From Alphaproteobacteria bacterium (GTDB lineage: Bacteria > Pseudomonadota > Alphaproteobacteria > Bin95), in the NCBI GenBank assembly GCA_964291285.2, contig OZ219787.1, forward strand, positions 2,016,001 to 2,080,000: a DNA stretch of 64,000 nt, read 5' to 3'. The position numbers and the translations under genes are program-made. The notes under the pieces were generated by a model. It did not search any database and was not told where the DNA came from. It worked only from the letters and a program-made list of their open reading frames with translations. Each line of letters begins with the position of its first letter. Position 1 is the stretch's first letter. Shown one piece after another: positions 37,535 to 48,374 of the stretch.

Positions 37535-39073
37535 ATGTACTTCGAGACCTTCGACTGGATCGCGCATAACGCCTCGCGGCGGCCGGAAAAGACCGCGCTG
37601 GTCGATCTCGCGAGCGGCCGGAGCATCGACTATGCGCTGATGGACAGGCGGGTCGGGAGTCTTGCGGGCTTCATGCGCAGCCGCCTTGGAATCGAGCCCG
37701 GCGACCGCGTGGCCCTGCTGGCGGAGAATTCCAGCGACTATCTGGAAATCCAGTTCGCCTGCTTCCGCATCGGCGCGGTGTTCGTGCCGCTCAACTGGCG
37801 GCTGACCGTGCCGGAGCTCTCCTACATCGTGGGCGACGCCGGGCCGAAGGCGATGGTCCACGACCGGGACTTCGCGGAAACGGCCGCGGCCGTGCAGGCC
37901 GAGACCGGCTTCCGGCACCGGCTGGAGACCGCCGCCGACGGCAGCCCGTCCGACTATGAGGCGGCGATTGCGGAGGGGCCCTGCGTGGCGGAGATGGTCC
38001 CGCAGCAGATGTCGGACCTCTCGACCATCATGTACACCTCCGGCACGACCGGCCTGCCCAAGGGCGCGCGCATCACCCACGGCATGACCTTCATCAACAC
38101 GGTGAATATCGGCATGCCGCACCGGGTCACGTCCGATTCGGTGACGCTCACCGTGTTGCCGCTGTTCCACACGGGCGGGCTGAACGCCTACGCCAATCCC
38201 GTGCTGCATGCGGGCGGCACGGCGCTGGTCGCCCGGCGCTTCGACCCCGAGGAATGTCTCGCCCTGCTCGCGGACCCGGCGGTCGGCGTCACCAATTTCC
38301 TCGGCGTGCCGGCCAACTTCCAGTTCATGGCGCAGCTTCCCACCTTCGAGGAGGCGGATTTCAGCCATGTGTCGGTGTTCGGCGTCGGTGCGGCGCCCAC
38401 GCCGCATGCGCTGATCGAGATCTGGGCGGCGCGGAACGCGCCGCTCGCCCAGGCCTACGGGATGACCGAGACCGCGCCGCTGGTGATGGCGCTCGATCCC
38501 GTGGACGCCACGCGCAAGATCGGCTCGGCCGGCAAGCCCGTGCTCTACACCCGCACGCGGGTGATAACCGAGGACGGCCGCCCGGCCGCACCGGGCGAGA
38601 CGGGCGAACTGCAGGTTGCGGGGCCGAATGTGACGCCCGGCTACTGGAACAAGCCGAAGGAAACGGCGGACTCGTTCGACGGGGAATGGCTGAAGACCGG
38701 CGACGCCGTCTGGGTCGATGACGAGGGCTACTACTACATCGTGGACCGCTGGAAGGACATGTACATCTCAGGCGGCGAGAACGTCTATCCGGCGGAGGTG
38801 GAAAACGTGCTCTACCGGCTGGACGGTATCGGGGAAGCCGCCGTGATCGGCATGCCGGACGAGCGCTGGGGCGAGGTCGGCTGCGCGGTGGTCGTCCGCC
38901 GCGAGGGCGCGGCTCTGGAGGCGCAGGACGTGCTCGACCACTGCACGGGCCAGCTCGCCCGCTTCAAGCTGCCGCGCCGGGTCCTGTTCACCGGCGCGCT
39001 CCCCCGCAACGCCACCGGCAAGGTGCTGAAACACGAAATCCGCCGCATGCTGGCGGAGGGGGAATTGGGATAA
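37535..39073 (+). CDS. Acyl-CoA synthetase (AMP-binding)
   Basis: YTSGTTGLPKG, YGMTE, WLKTGD, SGGENVYPAEVE, PRNATGKVLK. Confidence 0.93.
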   Translation: MYFETFDWIAHNASRRPEKTALVDLASGRSIDYALMDRRVGSLAGFMRSRLGIEPGDRVALLAENSSDYLEIQFACFRIGAVFVPLNWRLTVPELSYIVGDAGPKAMVHDRDFAETAAAVQAETGFRHRLETAADGSPSDYEAAIAEGPCVAEMVPQQMSDLSTIMYTSGTTGLPKGARITHGMTFINTVNIGMPHRVTSDSVTLTVLPLFHTGGLNAYANPVLHAGGTALVARRFDPEECLALLADPAVGVTNFLGVPANFQFMAQLPTFEEADFSHVSVFGVGAAPTPHALIEIWAARNAPLAQAYGMTETAPLVMALDPVDATRKIGSAGKPVLYTRTRVITEDGRPAAPGETGELQVAGPNVTPGYWNKPKETADSFDGEWLKTGDAVWVDDEGYYYIVDRWKDMYISGGENVYPAEVENVLYRLDGIGEAAVIGMPDERWGEVGCAVVVRREGAALEAQDVLDHCTGQLARFKLPRRVLFTGALPRNATGKVLKHEIRRMLAEGELG

Positions 39074-39090
39074 ATCGGCGTGGCGTCCGC

Positions 39091-40038
39091 CTATCCCTTC
39101 GGCGCCTTTTCCTGAGCCGCTGCGTCCCATTCGAATTTCGATGCCCGGGCAAGCCGTTCTATGTCCACCACGCCGGTAAGGCGGCGGCCCTCGACGAGCC
39201 ATGTCGGATAGCGCCGGATGTCCTGAATCGTGCAGGCGGCCGTGAGAGGTCCGTTCGGCCCTGAGGGCGCGCATTCGGTATAGGGCAGGCGCTTGGCGGA
39301 GGCGGTGAAGAGCGCCTTCTGCTCCTGGCAGGCACGGCACCAGTAGGCGCCGTAGAAGCGTGCGCCGCTGTCCTGCAGGTGGGTCGCGAGCGCCTTGAGA
39401 TAGGGGTCCTCCGGGCCGGCGGCGGGATCGAATACCCCCTCGAAATGCAGGTGGAGGCCGAGGACCAGCGCGATGGCGGCCCCGACCGGGAACGGCAGGA
39501 CCCTGCGCCACCCCTGTTCGGGAGTCCGCGCAGGGCGGCGCAGGACGACAAGCAGGAGCAGCAGGTTCATCAGCACGAAGGATGCGAGGCAATATTCGCA
39601 GACCGCCCTGATCTCGAAGACCGACACCAGGGTCAGGAACCAGCTCACGCCGGCGCCGATGCACGCGAAGAGCAGCATGGCGCCCCAGGCCGACGGGCGG
39701 GAGCGCAGCCGCCACGCCAGGCCGGCAAGAAGCGCGTAGGTGAGCAGACCCCAGAGCGCCATCGGCAGGCCGAGCAGGGTGGACCACCGGCTCGACTGCA
39801 CGATGTCGCACCCGGAGTCCGCACCGCACCAGGCCGGGTGCTCGCCGAACCAGGCGGTCAGCGTCAGGTAGCCGGTGAGCAGCACGCCGAGACCCGCGAG
39901 GCCGAGGAGCCAGCTGTCGAGGGAATGCTTCGCGTGCGCCGGCGCTCCGGAGCCGGCGGGGGCCCGCTTCGGGGCAGGCGCGCCCGCAGTGCGGCCGCGG
40001 CGGGCGCTGGAGCTCGGTCGTTTGCGCTTTCTGGGCAT
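39091..40038 (-). CDS. VKOR fused to a C-terminal thioredoxin-like domain
   Basis: Loop Cys pair WCGADSGCDIVQSS, CEYC active site, FYGAYWCRAC and YPTW thioredoxin motifs. Confidence 0.88.
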   Translation of the reverse strand: MPRKRKRPSSSARRGRTAGAPAPKRAPAGSGAPAHAKHSLDSWLLGLAGLGVLLTGYLTLTAWFGEHPAWCGADSGCDIVQSSRWSTLLGLPMALWGLLTYALLAGLAWRLRSRPSAWGAMLLFACIGAGVSWFLTLVSVFEIRAVCEYCLASFVLMNLLLLLVVLRRPARTPEQGWRRVLPFPVGAAIALVLGLHLHFEGVFDPAAGPEDPYLKALATHLQDSGARFYGAYWCRACQEQKALFTASAKRLPYTECAPSGPNGPLTAACTIQDIRRYPTWLVEGRRLTGVVDIERLARASKFEWDAAAQEKAPKG

Positions 40039-40197
40039 CGGGCATCCGTTCCGGATATCGGTTCGTTCCGACCCTCGCGAGGAGGGTTTTCGGGGAAGCA
40101 TATTATGGAAACGCCCGTAGTGGCTTCGATACGATCTTACGGATTGGCAATGTCGTTGGCGCTCGACCCGTCCGGCGGGGAAGGGACCGGAGGGTCT

Positions 40198-41202
40198 TCA
40201 GCCCGGTCCCGGCGCCGAGGGGGCCGGAGAGCGGCGGCGGGCGCTTCCGTCGGCAAGCTTCCGTTCGCGCCAGTAGACATAGATGCCGGAGCCGGCGATG
40301 AGCGTGCAGCCGAGCAGCACCCAATGGTCGGGCAGATGGTCGAACACGAGCCAGCCGAGCAGGATGGCGGAGGGCAGCGCGACATATTCGAAGGGCGCCA
40401 GCGTGGCCGCGTCGGCCAGCCTGTAGGCCTGGGTCAGCGAATAGGCGATGAAGCCGGAGAGGCCGCCCAGCAGCACGAACAGCAGCCAGTGTTCCGGCGT
40501 CGGCCATACCCAGGCGCGGAACAGGAACAGCCATGTCCTGTTCTCCATGCCCTCGGCGAAGCGCCCGTCGCCGGCGACGGCGAAGAAGCCGAGGCTGACG
40601 GTAATGAACATGACCTGGATATAGGCCGCCATGGCCGAGGCCGGGGCGCTCGCCCGGAGCTTCCGCGTCAGGATCTGCATGGTGGCGTAGGCCAGCGCCG
40701 CCGCCATCGGCAGCAGCAGGGTCCACCGGTCCGCGGCGTGTTCGAGTTCGCCGGTTCCGGGCCGGAGCATGACCAGCACGCCGAGGAACCCGACCAGCAC
40801 GGCGGAGAGCCGCCGGATGCCGACCTTCTCGCCGAGGAAGGGAACGGACAACAGCGTGATGAGCAGCGGAGCGACGAAGAAGAGCGCCGTCACGTCGGCC
40901 AGCGGCGCCGACGCCAGCGCGCCGAAGAAGGCGAGATTCGCCAGGACCATGCAGAGGCCGCGCGCAATGTGGGCGGCGGGGCGCCCGGTGCGCAGCGCCC
41001 TCAAGCCCCCCTCGAAACGCAGCACGGCGAGGCTGAACAGCAGCGCCACCAACGCGCGCACGAACACGATCTCGTGCAGCGGGTAGCGGTCCGACATCGC
41101 CTTGACGATGGAATCGTTGATGGTGATGACCACCATGCCGAGGCAGATCATGGCGATGCCCAGGCGGGGATCGTTCGCCGGTCGAAACGCTCTGCCAGCC
41201 AT
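40198..41202 (-). CDS. DMT/EamA family transporter
   Basis: About 10 TM segments, LGEKVGIRR, AYRLADAATLAPFEY. Confidence 0.92.
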   Translation of the reverse strand: MAGRAFRPANDPRLGIAMICLGMVVITINDSIVKAMSDRYPLHEIVFVRALVALLFSLAVLRFEGGLRALRTGRPAAHIARGLCMVLANLAFFGALASAPLADVTALFFVAPLLITLLSVPFLGEKVGIRRLSAVLVGFLGVLVMLRPGTGELEHAADRWTLLLPMAAALAYATMQILTRKLRASAPASAMAAYIQVMFITVSLGFFAVAGDGRFAEGMENRTWLFLFRAWVWPTPEHWLLFVLLGGLSGFIAYSLTQAYRLADAATLAPFEYVALPSAILLGWLVFDHLPDHWVLLGCTLIAGSGIYVYWRERKLADGSARRRSPAPSAPGPG

Positions 41203-41323
41203 CGGCGGGAAACCCTCGAACCCCGGACGGAACGCTGCCGCCCGGTCGCGGGAATCATACGGATATCCGGCCGCGCCCGGCAACGGAGAAGTTCGGCGCC
41301 GCTGGCGGCGCGGACGCCGTCCG

Positions 41324-42265
41324 TCAGTCGATATGCAGCACGGCCTTGCCGGGGAAGCGGCGCTCGATCAGGTCGTCGGCAGTGCGCGCGACCTCGCTCC
41401 AGGACGCCTCGCGCTCGATGGCGGTGTCGAGACGGCCCTGCGCCACGAGGCCGAGCAGGCGGGCGAGATGGTCGCGCGGCGGGGCGATCTCGCTCTTGTA
41501 GTAGAGATGGAAGCCGAGGATGCGCGCAAGGCCGCGGGTCATGAAATCCCCGATCGCGACGGAGATCGCGGGCGCGGCGGTGACGCCGTAACAGACCGCG
41601 AGCCCCTCGGGGCCGAGCGCGCGCACGCCGGCCTCGAGGATCGGCCCGGCGACGCTGTCCACCACCAGCCGGTAGGGGCCGGCCGCCTCGATGCCGCTGC
41701 CGTCCGGGCTCACGATGAGCCTGCCGAGGCCCACCCGGTCGGCGAAGGCGCGCTGGTCCTCGCGCCGGATCTGGCTCAGCACCTCCGCCCCGCCGATGCG
41801 CGCGAGCTGGGCCGCGAACAGCCCGACGCCGCCCGTAGCCCCGGTGACCAGCACGCGCGCGCCGATCAGGCAGTCGCCCGCATCGATGGAGTGCAGCGCC
41901 GTCAGGCCCGCGACGGGCAGCGTCGCCGCCGCGGCGTCGCTCACCCCGTCCGGTATCGGGCAGAGATAGCTACCAAGGATCGGCGCGCGTTCGGCCCAGC
42001 CTTCCATGCGCGGCGAGAAGCCCACGACGCGCGCGCCCTCCGGCGGGCTGGAGCCGTCGGCCGCGGCCTTCTCGACGGTGCCCGCAATGTCCCAGCCGAT
42101 GCGGATCGCGCGCTCCGCGCGCTCCGCCCGCCTCACCTCGCCGCGATTGAGCGAGAAGGCGGAGACGCGCACCAGCGCCTCGTTGGAGAAGGGCGGTCGC
42201 TCCTCGACTTCTGCGACTTCAAGCCGGTCCGGGCTTCCGGGAACGGCGCGGACGGCGCGGATCAT
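41324..42265 (-). CDS. Zinc-binding dehydrogenase / quinone oxidoreductase (MDR)
   Basis: FSLNRGE, TLPVAGLTA, VLVTGATGGVG, GKAVL. Confidence 0.9.
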   Translation of the reverse strand: MIRAVRAVPGSPDRLEVAEVEERPPFSNEALVRVSAFSLNRGEVRRAERAERAIRIGWDIAGTVEKAAADGSSPPEGARVVGFSPRMEGWAERAPILGSYLCPIPDGVSDAAAATLPVAGLTALHSIDAGDCLIGARVLVTGATGGVGLFAAQLARIGGAEVLSQIRREDQRAFADRVGLGRLIVSPDGSGIEAAGPYRLVVDSVAGPILEAGVRALGPEGLAVCYGVTAAPAISVAIGDFMTRGLARILGFHLYYKSEIAPPRDHLARLLGLVAQGRLDTAIEREASWSEVARTADDLIERRFPGKAVLHID

Positions 42266-43248
42266 GGCGATACCTCCAGCAGGACCTTGCCCCAGGTGCG
42301 GCGTGAGGCCAGCGCGCGCAGCGCCGCCGGCAGGTCGTCGAATGCGTAGCGGGCGGAGATTACGGGGTCGATCTCGCCGCGCGCGAGCATGGCGTAGCAG
42401 TCCGCGACCACCTCGTGAGTATATTCGGGGTGGCTGCGGAAATAGCCGCCCCATATGGCGCCGACGGCCGAGGCGTTTTTCAGCAGCAGGCGGTTGGCGG
42501 CGATCTGCTGGATGGCGCCGCCGGCAAAGCCGATGATGAGCGCGCGGCCCTCGACCGCAATGACCTTGAGCGCGAGATTGAAGACCTCACCGCCCACGGG
42601 GTCGAAGATGATATCGGCGCCGCGCCCGCCGGTCGCCTCGCGCACGGCCTCGACCCAGCCGTCATCGGTGTAGTCGAGCGCAAGTTCGGCCCCGTGCTCG
42701 CGGCAGACGGCGAGCTTCTCCTCGCTGCCGGCAAGCGCGATGACATGCGCCCCCCAGGCCTTGCCGATCTGGATCGCCGCCAGTCCGGACCCGCCTGCGC
42801 CGGCCGTCACCAGCAGCCATTCGCCGGCCTTGAGCCCGCCGCGCCGGCCGAGCGCGATGTGGCCGGTCGGATAGACCACCGGCACGCAGGCGGCGAGGTC
42901 CATCGCCACGCCGTCCGGGATCGGATTGATCTGCAGGTCATCGACCACCGCATATTCGGCGAAGGCGCCCCAATAGGGCTGGGCGGCGACACGCTGGCCG
43001 ACCCTGCAGTTCGAACCGGGGCCGACGGCCGCGATCTCGCCCGACAGCTCGCAGCCGGGCGTGAACGGGAAGTCCGGCTTCATCTGGTATTTGCCCTGAA
43101 CCATCAGGATGTCGAGGAAGTTGAGCGCGGCCGTATGCACCTTGACCAGCGCCTGGCCCGGCCCTGGCTCCGGGCGCGCCACGGTCTCGAACGCCATGTC
43201 CTCGGGCTCGCAGAATTCACGCACCCGCCATGCCTGCATCTGGTTCAT
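42262..43248 (-). CDS. NADPH:quinone oxidoreductase family protein
   Basis: ALNFLD..GKYQ..PFTPG, TAGAGGSG, DPVGG, IGFAGG, GKVLL. Confidence 0.92.
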   Translation of the reverse strand: MNQMQAWRVREFCEPEDMAFETVARPEPGPGQALVKVHTAALNFLDILMVQGKYQMKPDFPFTPGCELSGEIAAVGPGSNCRVGQRVAAQPYWGAFAEYAVVDDLQINPIPDGVAMDLAACVPVVYPTGHIALGRRGGLKAGEWLLVTAGAGGSGLAAIQIGKAWGAHVIALAGSEEKLAVCREHGAELALDYTDDGWVEAVREATGGRGADIIFDPVGGEVFNLALKVIAVEGRALIIGFAGGAIQQIAANRLLLKNASAVGAIWGGYFRSHPEYTHEVVADCYAMLARGEIDPVISARYAFDDLPAALRALASRRTWGKVLLEVSP

Positions 43249-43317
43249 CCGCTCGGCTCCTGTCGTCTCGGGGACCGGCCCCGCAATCGATACCGCCTTT
43301 GCCGCAAACCCGCCAGT

Positions 43318-44301
43318 TCAGCCGAGCCAGGCGCGGCAGCCGGTCGCCTCCAGAACGGGATCGAGCGCAGCCCGGTCGCCGAGCGCGGCATATTTCTCGC
43401 GCAGCACACGGAGCGAGCGGGCGTGGTAGCGCTGGGGCGCCTGTGTCCAGCGCCCGCCCGCGATACCGACGGTGAAGGCCTCCGCGCCGTCGGCAATGGC
43501 GCGGGAATTGGCATCCGACCAGGGCAGGAAGCGCGCGCCGACTTCCTCGGCGAGCAGCGGCGCCAGGGTCGGCGCGAGCGACTCCCACGCCTCGAACGGG
43601 CCTTCGTTCTCCGGGTCCTGCATCCGCCGGCACCAGTCGCGCGTCAGCGGCGGCACGAGGGTGCTGCCGGTCGGGTCGGTCCAGGCTTCCCAGACTTGGG
43701 CGGCGATGCCGAAATCCGCGAAAGCCGGCCGGGCACCGAACAGGTAACGGCGGCCCTCCAGATGCGCTTCCAGCAGCTCCAGCTGGCGGACGAAGGAGGC
43801 CTCGATGATCGGCGCCGTCCCGGGCGAGGAGCCGACGAAGCTCACCCGCGGCACCATGCGCTCTCGCACGGCCCGCGCGCGCTCGGCCACCGTTTCCTCG
43901 TCGGCGTCCGGCAGCATCGAGCGGGCGATGCGCTCCGCCGCCGAGACCTGGTCGGCCTCGTCGCGCCAGCGATAGTGGAACATGTGCTTGTTGCCCCACT
44001 CGTCGCCATATTCCTCCAGCAGCGCGGAGAGGAAGGCGAGCATCGGGTCCCCGGGCTGGGTCGCGGGCTCGGGGAAGGCCGCCTCGAACCGCTCCATGAT
44101 GGGCGTCGAGTCCTGGATGCCCTCGCCCTCGGGCGTGATGACCAGCGGCACGAGCGGCAGCCGCGCATGAGCCTCGTATTCGGCCCGGTTCTCCGGCGTG
44201 CGCGTCAGCCAGTCATGCGCGATGCCCTTGTAGCGGAACCACGCGCGGACCTTGACCGAATAGGGCGAGAGCTCCGAACCGAAAATGCGATAGCGCGCCA
44301 C
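43318..44301 (-). CDS. Glutathione S-transferase family protein
   Basis: GSELSPYSVKVRAWFRYKGI, VPLV..QDSTPI, EEYGDEW, YLFGARPAFADFG. Confidence 0.9.
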   Translation of the reverse strand: MARYRIFGSELSPYSVKVRAWFRYKGIAHDWLTRTPENRAEYEAHARLPLVPLVITPEGEGIQDSTPIMERFEAAFPEPATQPGDPMLAFLSALLEEYGDEWGNKHMFHYRWRDEADQVSAAERIARSMLPDADEETVAERARAVRERMVPRVSFVGSSPGTAPIIEASFVRQLELLEAHLEGRRYLFGARPAFADFGIAAQVWEAWTDPTGSTLVPPLTRDWCRRMQDPENEGPFEAWESLAPTLAPLLAEEVGARFLPWSDANSRAIADGAEAFTVGIAGGRWTQAPQRYHARSLRVLREKYAALGDRAALDPVLEATGCRAWLG

Positions 44302-44411
44302 GGCCTGCGGCCTCCCTGCTGCGAGGCCCCGACCATGCCAGCGAGTCCCGCCGGGGGGCAAGGCGGGCGGCTTTGTTGTTAACAAAGAGCGTCTTTGTGA
44401 ACAATAAACCG

Positions 44412-44430
44412 GTTTGTTGTTCACGGGTGA
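44412..44430 (+). repeat. 19-bp direct repeat GTTTGTTGTTCACGGGTGA (second copy at 45615-45633) flanking the Fic gene
   Basis: Exact match. The upstream copy is part of the palindrome gtgaacaataaac-cg-gtttgttgttcac. Confidence 0.85.
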
Positions 44431-44460
44431 CGTGCTAGTTTCCTTGTCGATCAAGAAGCG

Positions 44461-45597
44461 GTGTTCCGTGATATGCAAATGCCGTCGCCACCGGCAGGCT
44501 TCTCAATGGATGAGGCGGTTTCCTACCACAGCGGCCGTTTCCCGCCGAAGACACTGGATCACCAGCGGCTGATGCCGGCCGTCAGTCATGCTGCGCTCGC
44601 CATAGGCCGTTACGATTCCCTGCTGAGGACACTCCCGAATCAGGAGCTACTCTTGGCGCCGCTGCGCAGTCGCGAAGCCGTCGCCTCATCGAGAATCGAA
44701 GGCACCGTCGCCACCCTCGAAGAGGTGTTTGCGCTTGAAGAAGCCGACCAGGGCGCAGCCCGTCCGGAAGCGCGGGAGGTATTGTCCTATGTGCGCGCCA
44801 TGGCCCGCGCCGAGCGACTCATGAGCGACGGGCTGCCGATTTGCAGCCGGTTGATCCGTGAGGCCCATGGTGAACTGCTGTTCACGGGGCGCGGGTCGGA
44901 CAAGCGGCCGGGCCAATTCAAGCAGGAGCAGAACTATATCATCGACCGCGCGGCGGGCAGGGTCGTTTTCGTTCCGACTCCCCCTGAGGACCTGGAAGAA
45001 GGTATCCGCCGCTTTGAGAATTTCATGAACACGCCGGGACAGGACCCTCTCATCAGGGCTGCGCTCGGCCATGCCGAGTTCGAAGCGCTGCACCCGTTTG
45101 CGGACGGGAATGGCCGTATCGGCCGGATGCTCGTTACGCTTTCGCTATGGAACGATGACGTGATCTCCCGACCCTGCTTCTACGTAAGCAGCGTGATCGA
45201 GAAGGCCCGCGACGGCTATGTCGACGGGCTCCGGGCTGTATCGGCTAGCAATGCCTGGACCGAGTGGTGCCTTTATTTTCTGGATGTGCTGGCCAGGCAG
45301 GCTGCCGAGAACATCGCTCTCGCGAATCGTATGCTGGACTTTTACAGTGAAACGAAGGAGTCGTTCCCGAGCCTCCTGTCATCGCCATGGGCTGTGCAGG
45401 CCTTGGACGATATGTTCATCAACCCGGTCTTTACCAATCGTTCGTTTTCCAGGCGCACCGGTATCCCGCTGCAGTCCGCATCGCGCTTTACGAGGACGCT
45501 GGTCGAAAACGGCGCACTCGAAATCTATGCCCGGGGTTCCGGGCGCCGGCCGACCTGGTTCGTCTTTCAGCGCTTGCTCGATACCGTACGGCATTGA
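44461..45597 (+). CDS. Fic family protein (N-terminal inhibitory helix, Fic core, C-terminal HTH-like region)
   Basis: EAVASSRIEG (S/TxxxEG) and the intact HPFADGNGRIGR Fic motif. Confidence 0.93.
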   Translation: MFRDMQMPSPPAGFSMDEAVSYHSGRFPPKTLDHQRLMPAVSHAALAIGRYDSLLRTLPNQELLLAPLRSREAVASSRIEGTVATLEEVFALEEADQGAARPEAREVLSYVRAMARAERLMSDGLPICSRLIREAHGELLFTGRGSDKRPGQFKQEQNYIIDRAAGRVVFVPTPPEDLEEGIRRFENFMNTPGQDPLIRAALGHAEFEALHPFADGNGRIGRMLVTLSLWNDDVISRPCFYVSSVIEKARDGYVDGLRAVSASNAWTEWCLYFLDVLARQAAENIALANRMLDFYSETKESFPSLLSSPWAVQALDDMFINPVFTNRSFSRRTGIPLQSASRFTRTLVENGALEIYARGSGRRPTWFVFQRLLDTVRH

Positions 45598-45687
45598 GGC
45601 GGCGGCTCTTCCGAGTTTGTTGTTCACGGGTGAGCGGCAAACGGGCTTATCGTTCACCAAACGGAAAATATGAGCGGCAAACGGCCG

Positions 45688-47049
45688 CTAGCGCCGCTCC
45701 TCCTCCGCATAGGGGTTGGCGGCGGCGCGGAGCAGGATGCGGATGGGCACGCCCGGCAAGTCGAAATCGCGCCGGAGGCCGTTTGCGAGATAGCGGACAT
45801 AGGACTCCGGCACGGAGGAGGGCCGCGAGCCGAAGATCGCCACGGTCGGCGGCCGGCGCTTGATCTGCGCGGCATAGCGCAGCTTGAGGCGCCTGCCCTT
45901 GACGATGGGCGGCGGATGCGCCTCCAGCGCCTCCTGAAGCCAGCGGTTGAGGGCGCCTGTCGGGATGCGCCGGCTCCACACCTCGCGGCTCTCGAACGCG
46001 GTGCGGACCAGCCGGTCCACGCCGCGCCCGGTGGCGGCGGAGACCGTCAGCAGCGGCACGTTGCGCACTTGCGGCAGGGACGCCTCGACCCGGTCGTGCA
46101 GCGCGCCCAGCGCCTCCGGCGCGTCCCGGATGAGGTCCCACTTGTTCGCGGCGAGCAGCAGCGCCCGGCCTTCCTCGATCGTCCGGGCGGCGATGGCGAG
46201 GTCCTGGCGCTCCAGCCCGTCGGCGGCGTCGAGCAGCAACACGACCACTTCGGCGAAGCGGATGGCGCGGTCTGTATCCGCTGCCGAGAGCCGTTCGATC
46301 CGGTCCTGCACGCGGGCGCGGCGGCGCAGGCCGGCCGTATCCACCAGGCGCACGGGCCGGCCCTTCCAGGCCCATTCCACGGCGATGGCGTCGCGCGTCA
46401 CGCCCGGTTCCGGTCCGGTCAGCAGGCGGTCCTCGCCGAGCAGCCGGTTGATGAGCGTCGATTTGCCCACATTCGGCCGGCCGACAATGGCGAGCTTCAG
46501 CGGGCCCGCCGCCTCGTCATCCGCCTCGTCCTCGTCTTCGTCCGGAGGGGACGCTTCGATGAAGGGCGCGAGCGCCTCGTAGAGCCCCGCAAGCCCCTCG
46601 CCATGCTCCGCCGAAATCGCGACCGGCGCGCCGAAGCCGAGCTCATAGGCTTCGAACGCGCCGTCCATGCCGCGCCCGGACTCCGCCTTGTTCGCCGCCA
46701 GCACGACCGGCGCGGGTCCCCGCCTGAGCCAGGCGGCGAAATGGCGGTCCAGCGCCGTCACCCCGGCGCGCGCATCGACCAGGAAGAGCGCAGCATCGGC
46801 ATCGGCGAGCGCCGCTTCGGTCTGGCGGCGCATGGCGGCTTCGAGGTCGCCGGCGGGCGCATCCTCCAGCCCGGCCGTATCGATGACCGTGAACTCTGCG
46901 CCGCCGAGCGAGGCCGCGCCCTCGCGGCGGTCGCGGGTCACGCCCGGCCGGTCGTCCACGATCGCCTCGCGCCGCCCGACAAGGCGGTTGAACAGCGTCG
47001 ATTTGCCGACATTGGGCCGTCCGACAATGGCGATAACGGCGCCTGGCAT
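45688..47049 (-). CDS. der: Ribosome biogenesis GTPase Der/EngA
   Basis: Two GRPNVGKST domains, DTAG twice, acidic linker, KH-like C-terminus. Confidence 0.97.
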   Translation of the reverse strand: MPGAVIAIVGRPNVGKSTLFNRLVGRREAIVDDRPGVTRDRREGAASLGGAEFTVIDTAGLEDAPAGDLEAAMRRQTEAALADADAALFLVDARAGVTALDRHFAAWLRRGPAPVVLAANKAESGRGMDGAFEAYELGFGAPVAISAEHGEGLAGLYEALAPFIEASPPDEDEDEADDEAAGPLKLAIVGRPNVGKSTLINRLLGEDRLLTGPEPGVTRDAIAVEWAWKGRPVRLVDTAGLRRRARVQDRIERLSAADTDRAIRFAEVVVLLLDAADGLERQDLAIAARTIEEGRALLLAANKWDLIRDAPEALGALHDRVEASLPQVRNVPLLTVSAATGRGVDRLVRTAFESREVWSRRIPTGALNRWLQEALEAHPPPIVKGRRLKLRYAAQIKRRPPTVAIFGSRPSSVPESYVRYLANGLRRDFDLPGVPIRILLRAAANPYAEEERR

Positions 47050-47054
47050 GGCGG

Positions 47055-48374
47055 TCAGCGATAAGCGGTCAACACACCGTCGTCGTCGAGCAGCAGCAGT
47101 GTCCGGGCCGCGACGACGGGCGCTAGGCGGTGAGGCCGTCCGGCATCGAGCGTTGCGCCCTTCTGTCCGGTCTTCGGGTCGAGGAAGACGATCTCGCCAT
47201 GCGAACCCGCCAGCACCAGCCGCCCGCCTGCCAGCACCGGGCCGGCCCACTCGATGCGGCCCGTGCGGTCCTCCTCGTCCTCATAGCGCGCAAGCGGTAT
47301 GACCCAGCGCACCTTGCCTGTCTCGGCCTCCGCCGCCACGACCTCGCCCCGTTCCGTTACGGCGAACAGGTGGGCGCCGGCGAGCCATGGCATGTGCAGG
47401 CCGCCAAACTCCCCGCTCCAGACCCGGCGGCCGCTCCGCATGTCGATGGCGCCGGCACGGCCGGTATTGCTGAGCGCGAAGAGCCGTCCGTCATGAACCA
47501 CCGGCGCAGCCTGGACATCGGCCAGCGCCGCCACGAAATCCGCCCGGCGGGCCACGGTGAGGTTGTCGGACCAGAGTTCCCGCCCGGTCTCCGTCTTCAG
47601 CGCGACGATCTCGCCCGAGGAATAGGCGGAAACGGCCGCGCCCTGCGCAACTGCCGGGCCCGCGCCGCCGAGGAGCGCGGTCTGCTCCGCCACGGAATCA
47701 TGGGTCCAGAGAGTGCCGCCGTCGCCGGTGTCGAGGGCATGGGTCCTGTTGTCGAGCGTGGCGACGAAGAGCCGGCTGCCTTCGACCGCCGGCGCGCCCC
47801 GCGCCGGTGCCGACAGCGGCCGGCGCCATACAACGGCTCCGGAGGAGGCGTCGATCGCCAGGGCTTCGGCATAGCCTGTAGCCGCGAACAGGCGGCCTCC
47901 GGCAAAGGCCATGCCGCCGCCCGTCGATTCTTCCTCGTCCTCGGGCCGGGTCCCGACCGACCAAAGCTCGCTGCCGTCCTGCAGGCCGTAAGCGCTGACC
48001 GTGCCGACGGCGTCCATGGCATAGACCCGGCCATTGGCGACGACGGGCTGCGCCATCAGGCGGCGGCCCTCGCCGGAGCCGGCGCCGACGGACCGGGACC
48101 ATGCCGGACCGGACACAGAGCCGAGCGCCGGGTGGCCGATGGCGTGAAAGGGCGCGCCGCCGGCCTGCGGCCAGTCGGCATTGGCGACCTGCTCCGGCAG
48201 TTCCATGGGGCGCGCTGCCGTCTCGGGGTCGCCCTTGAGAGCGCGGTCCAGCGAAAGCACGGCGATGCGGTCGCCGGGGAGTGGCGGGTCTTCGGATGCG
48301 CCAAACCAGCCGTCCGACTCGCAGCCGGTGAGCAGGAACGCGCCCCCGACCGCCAGAAGCAGCGCCCGTCTCAT
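47055..48374 (-). CDS. PQQ-repeat beta-propeller lipoprotein (BamB-like)
   Basis: Lipobox LTGC and repeated GxxxW motifs. Lies between the yfgM-like gene and der. Confidence 0.9.
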   Translation of the reverse strand: MRRALLLAVGGAFLLTGCESDGWFGASEDPPLPGDRIAVLSLDRALKGDPETAARPMELPEQVANADWPQAGGAPFHAIGHPALGSVSGPAWSRSVGAGSGEGRRLMAQPVVANGRVYAMDAVGTVSAYGLQDGSELWSVGTRPEDEEESTGGGMAFAGGRLFAATGYAEALAIDASSGAVVWRRPLSAPARGAPAVEGSRLFVATLDNRTHALDTGDGGTLWTHDSVAEQTALLGGAGPAVAQGAAVSAYSSGEIVALKTETGRELWSDNLTVARRADFVAALADVQAAPVVHDGRLFALSNTGRAGAIDMRSGRRVWSGEFGGLHMPWLAGAHLFAVTERGEVVAAEAETGKVRWVIPLARYEDEEDRTGRIEWAGPVLAGGRLVLAGSHGEIVFLDPKTGQKGATLDAGRPHRLAPVVAARTLLLLDDDGVLTAYR

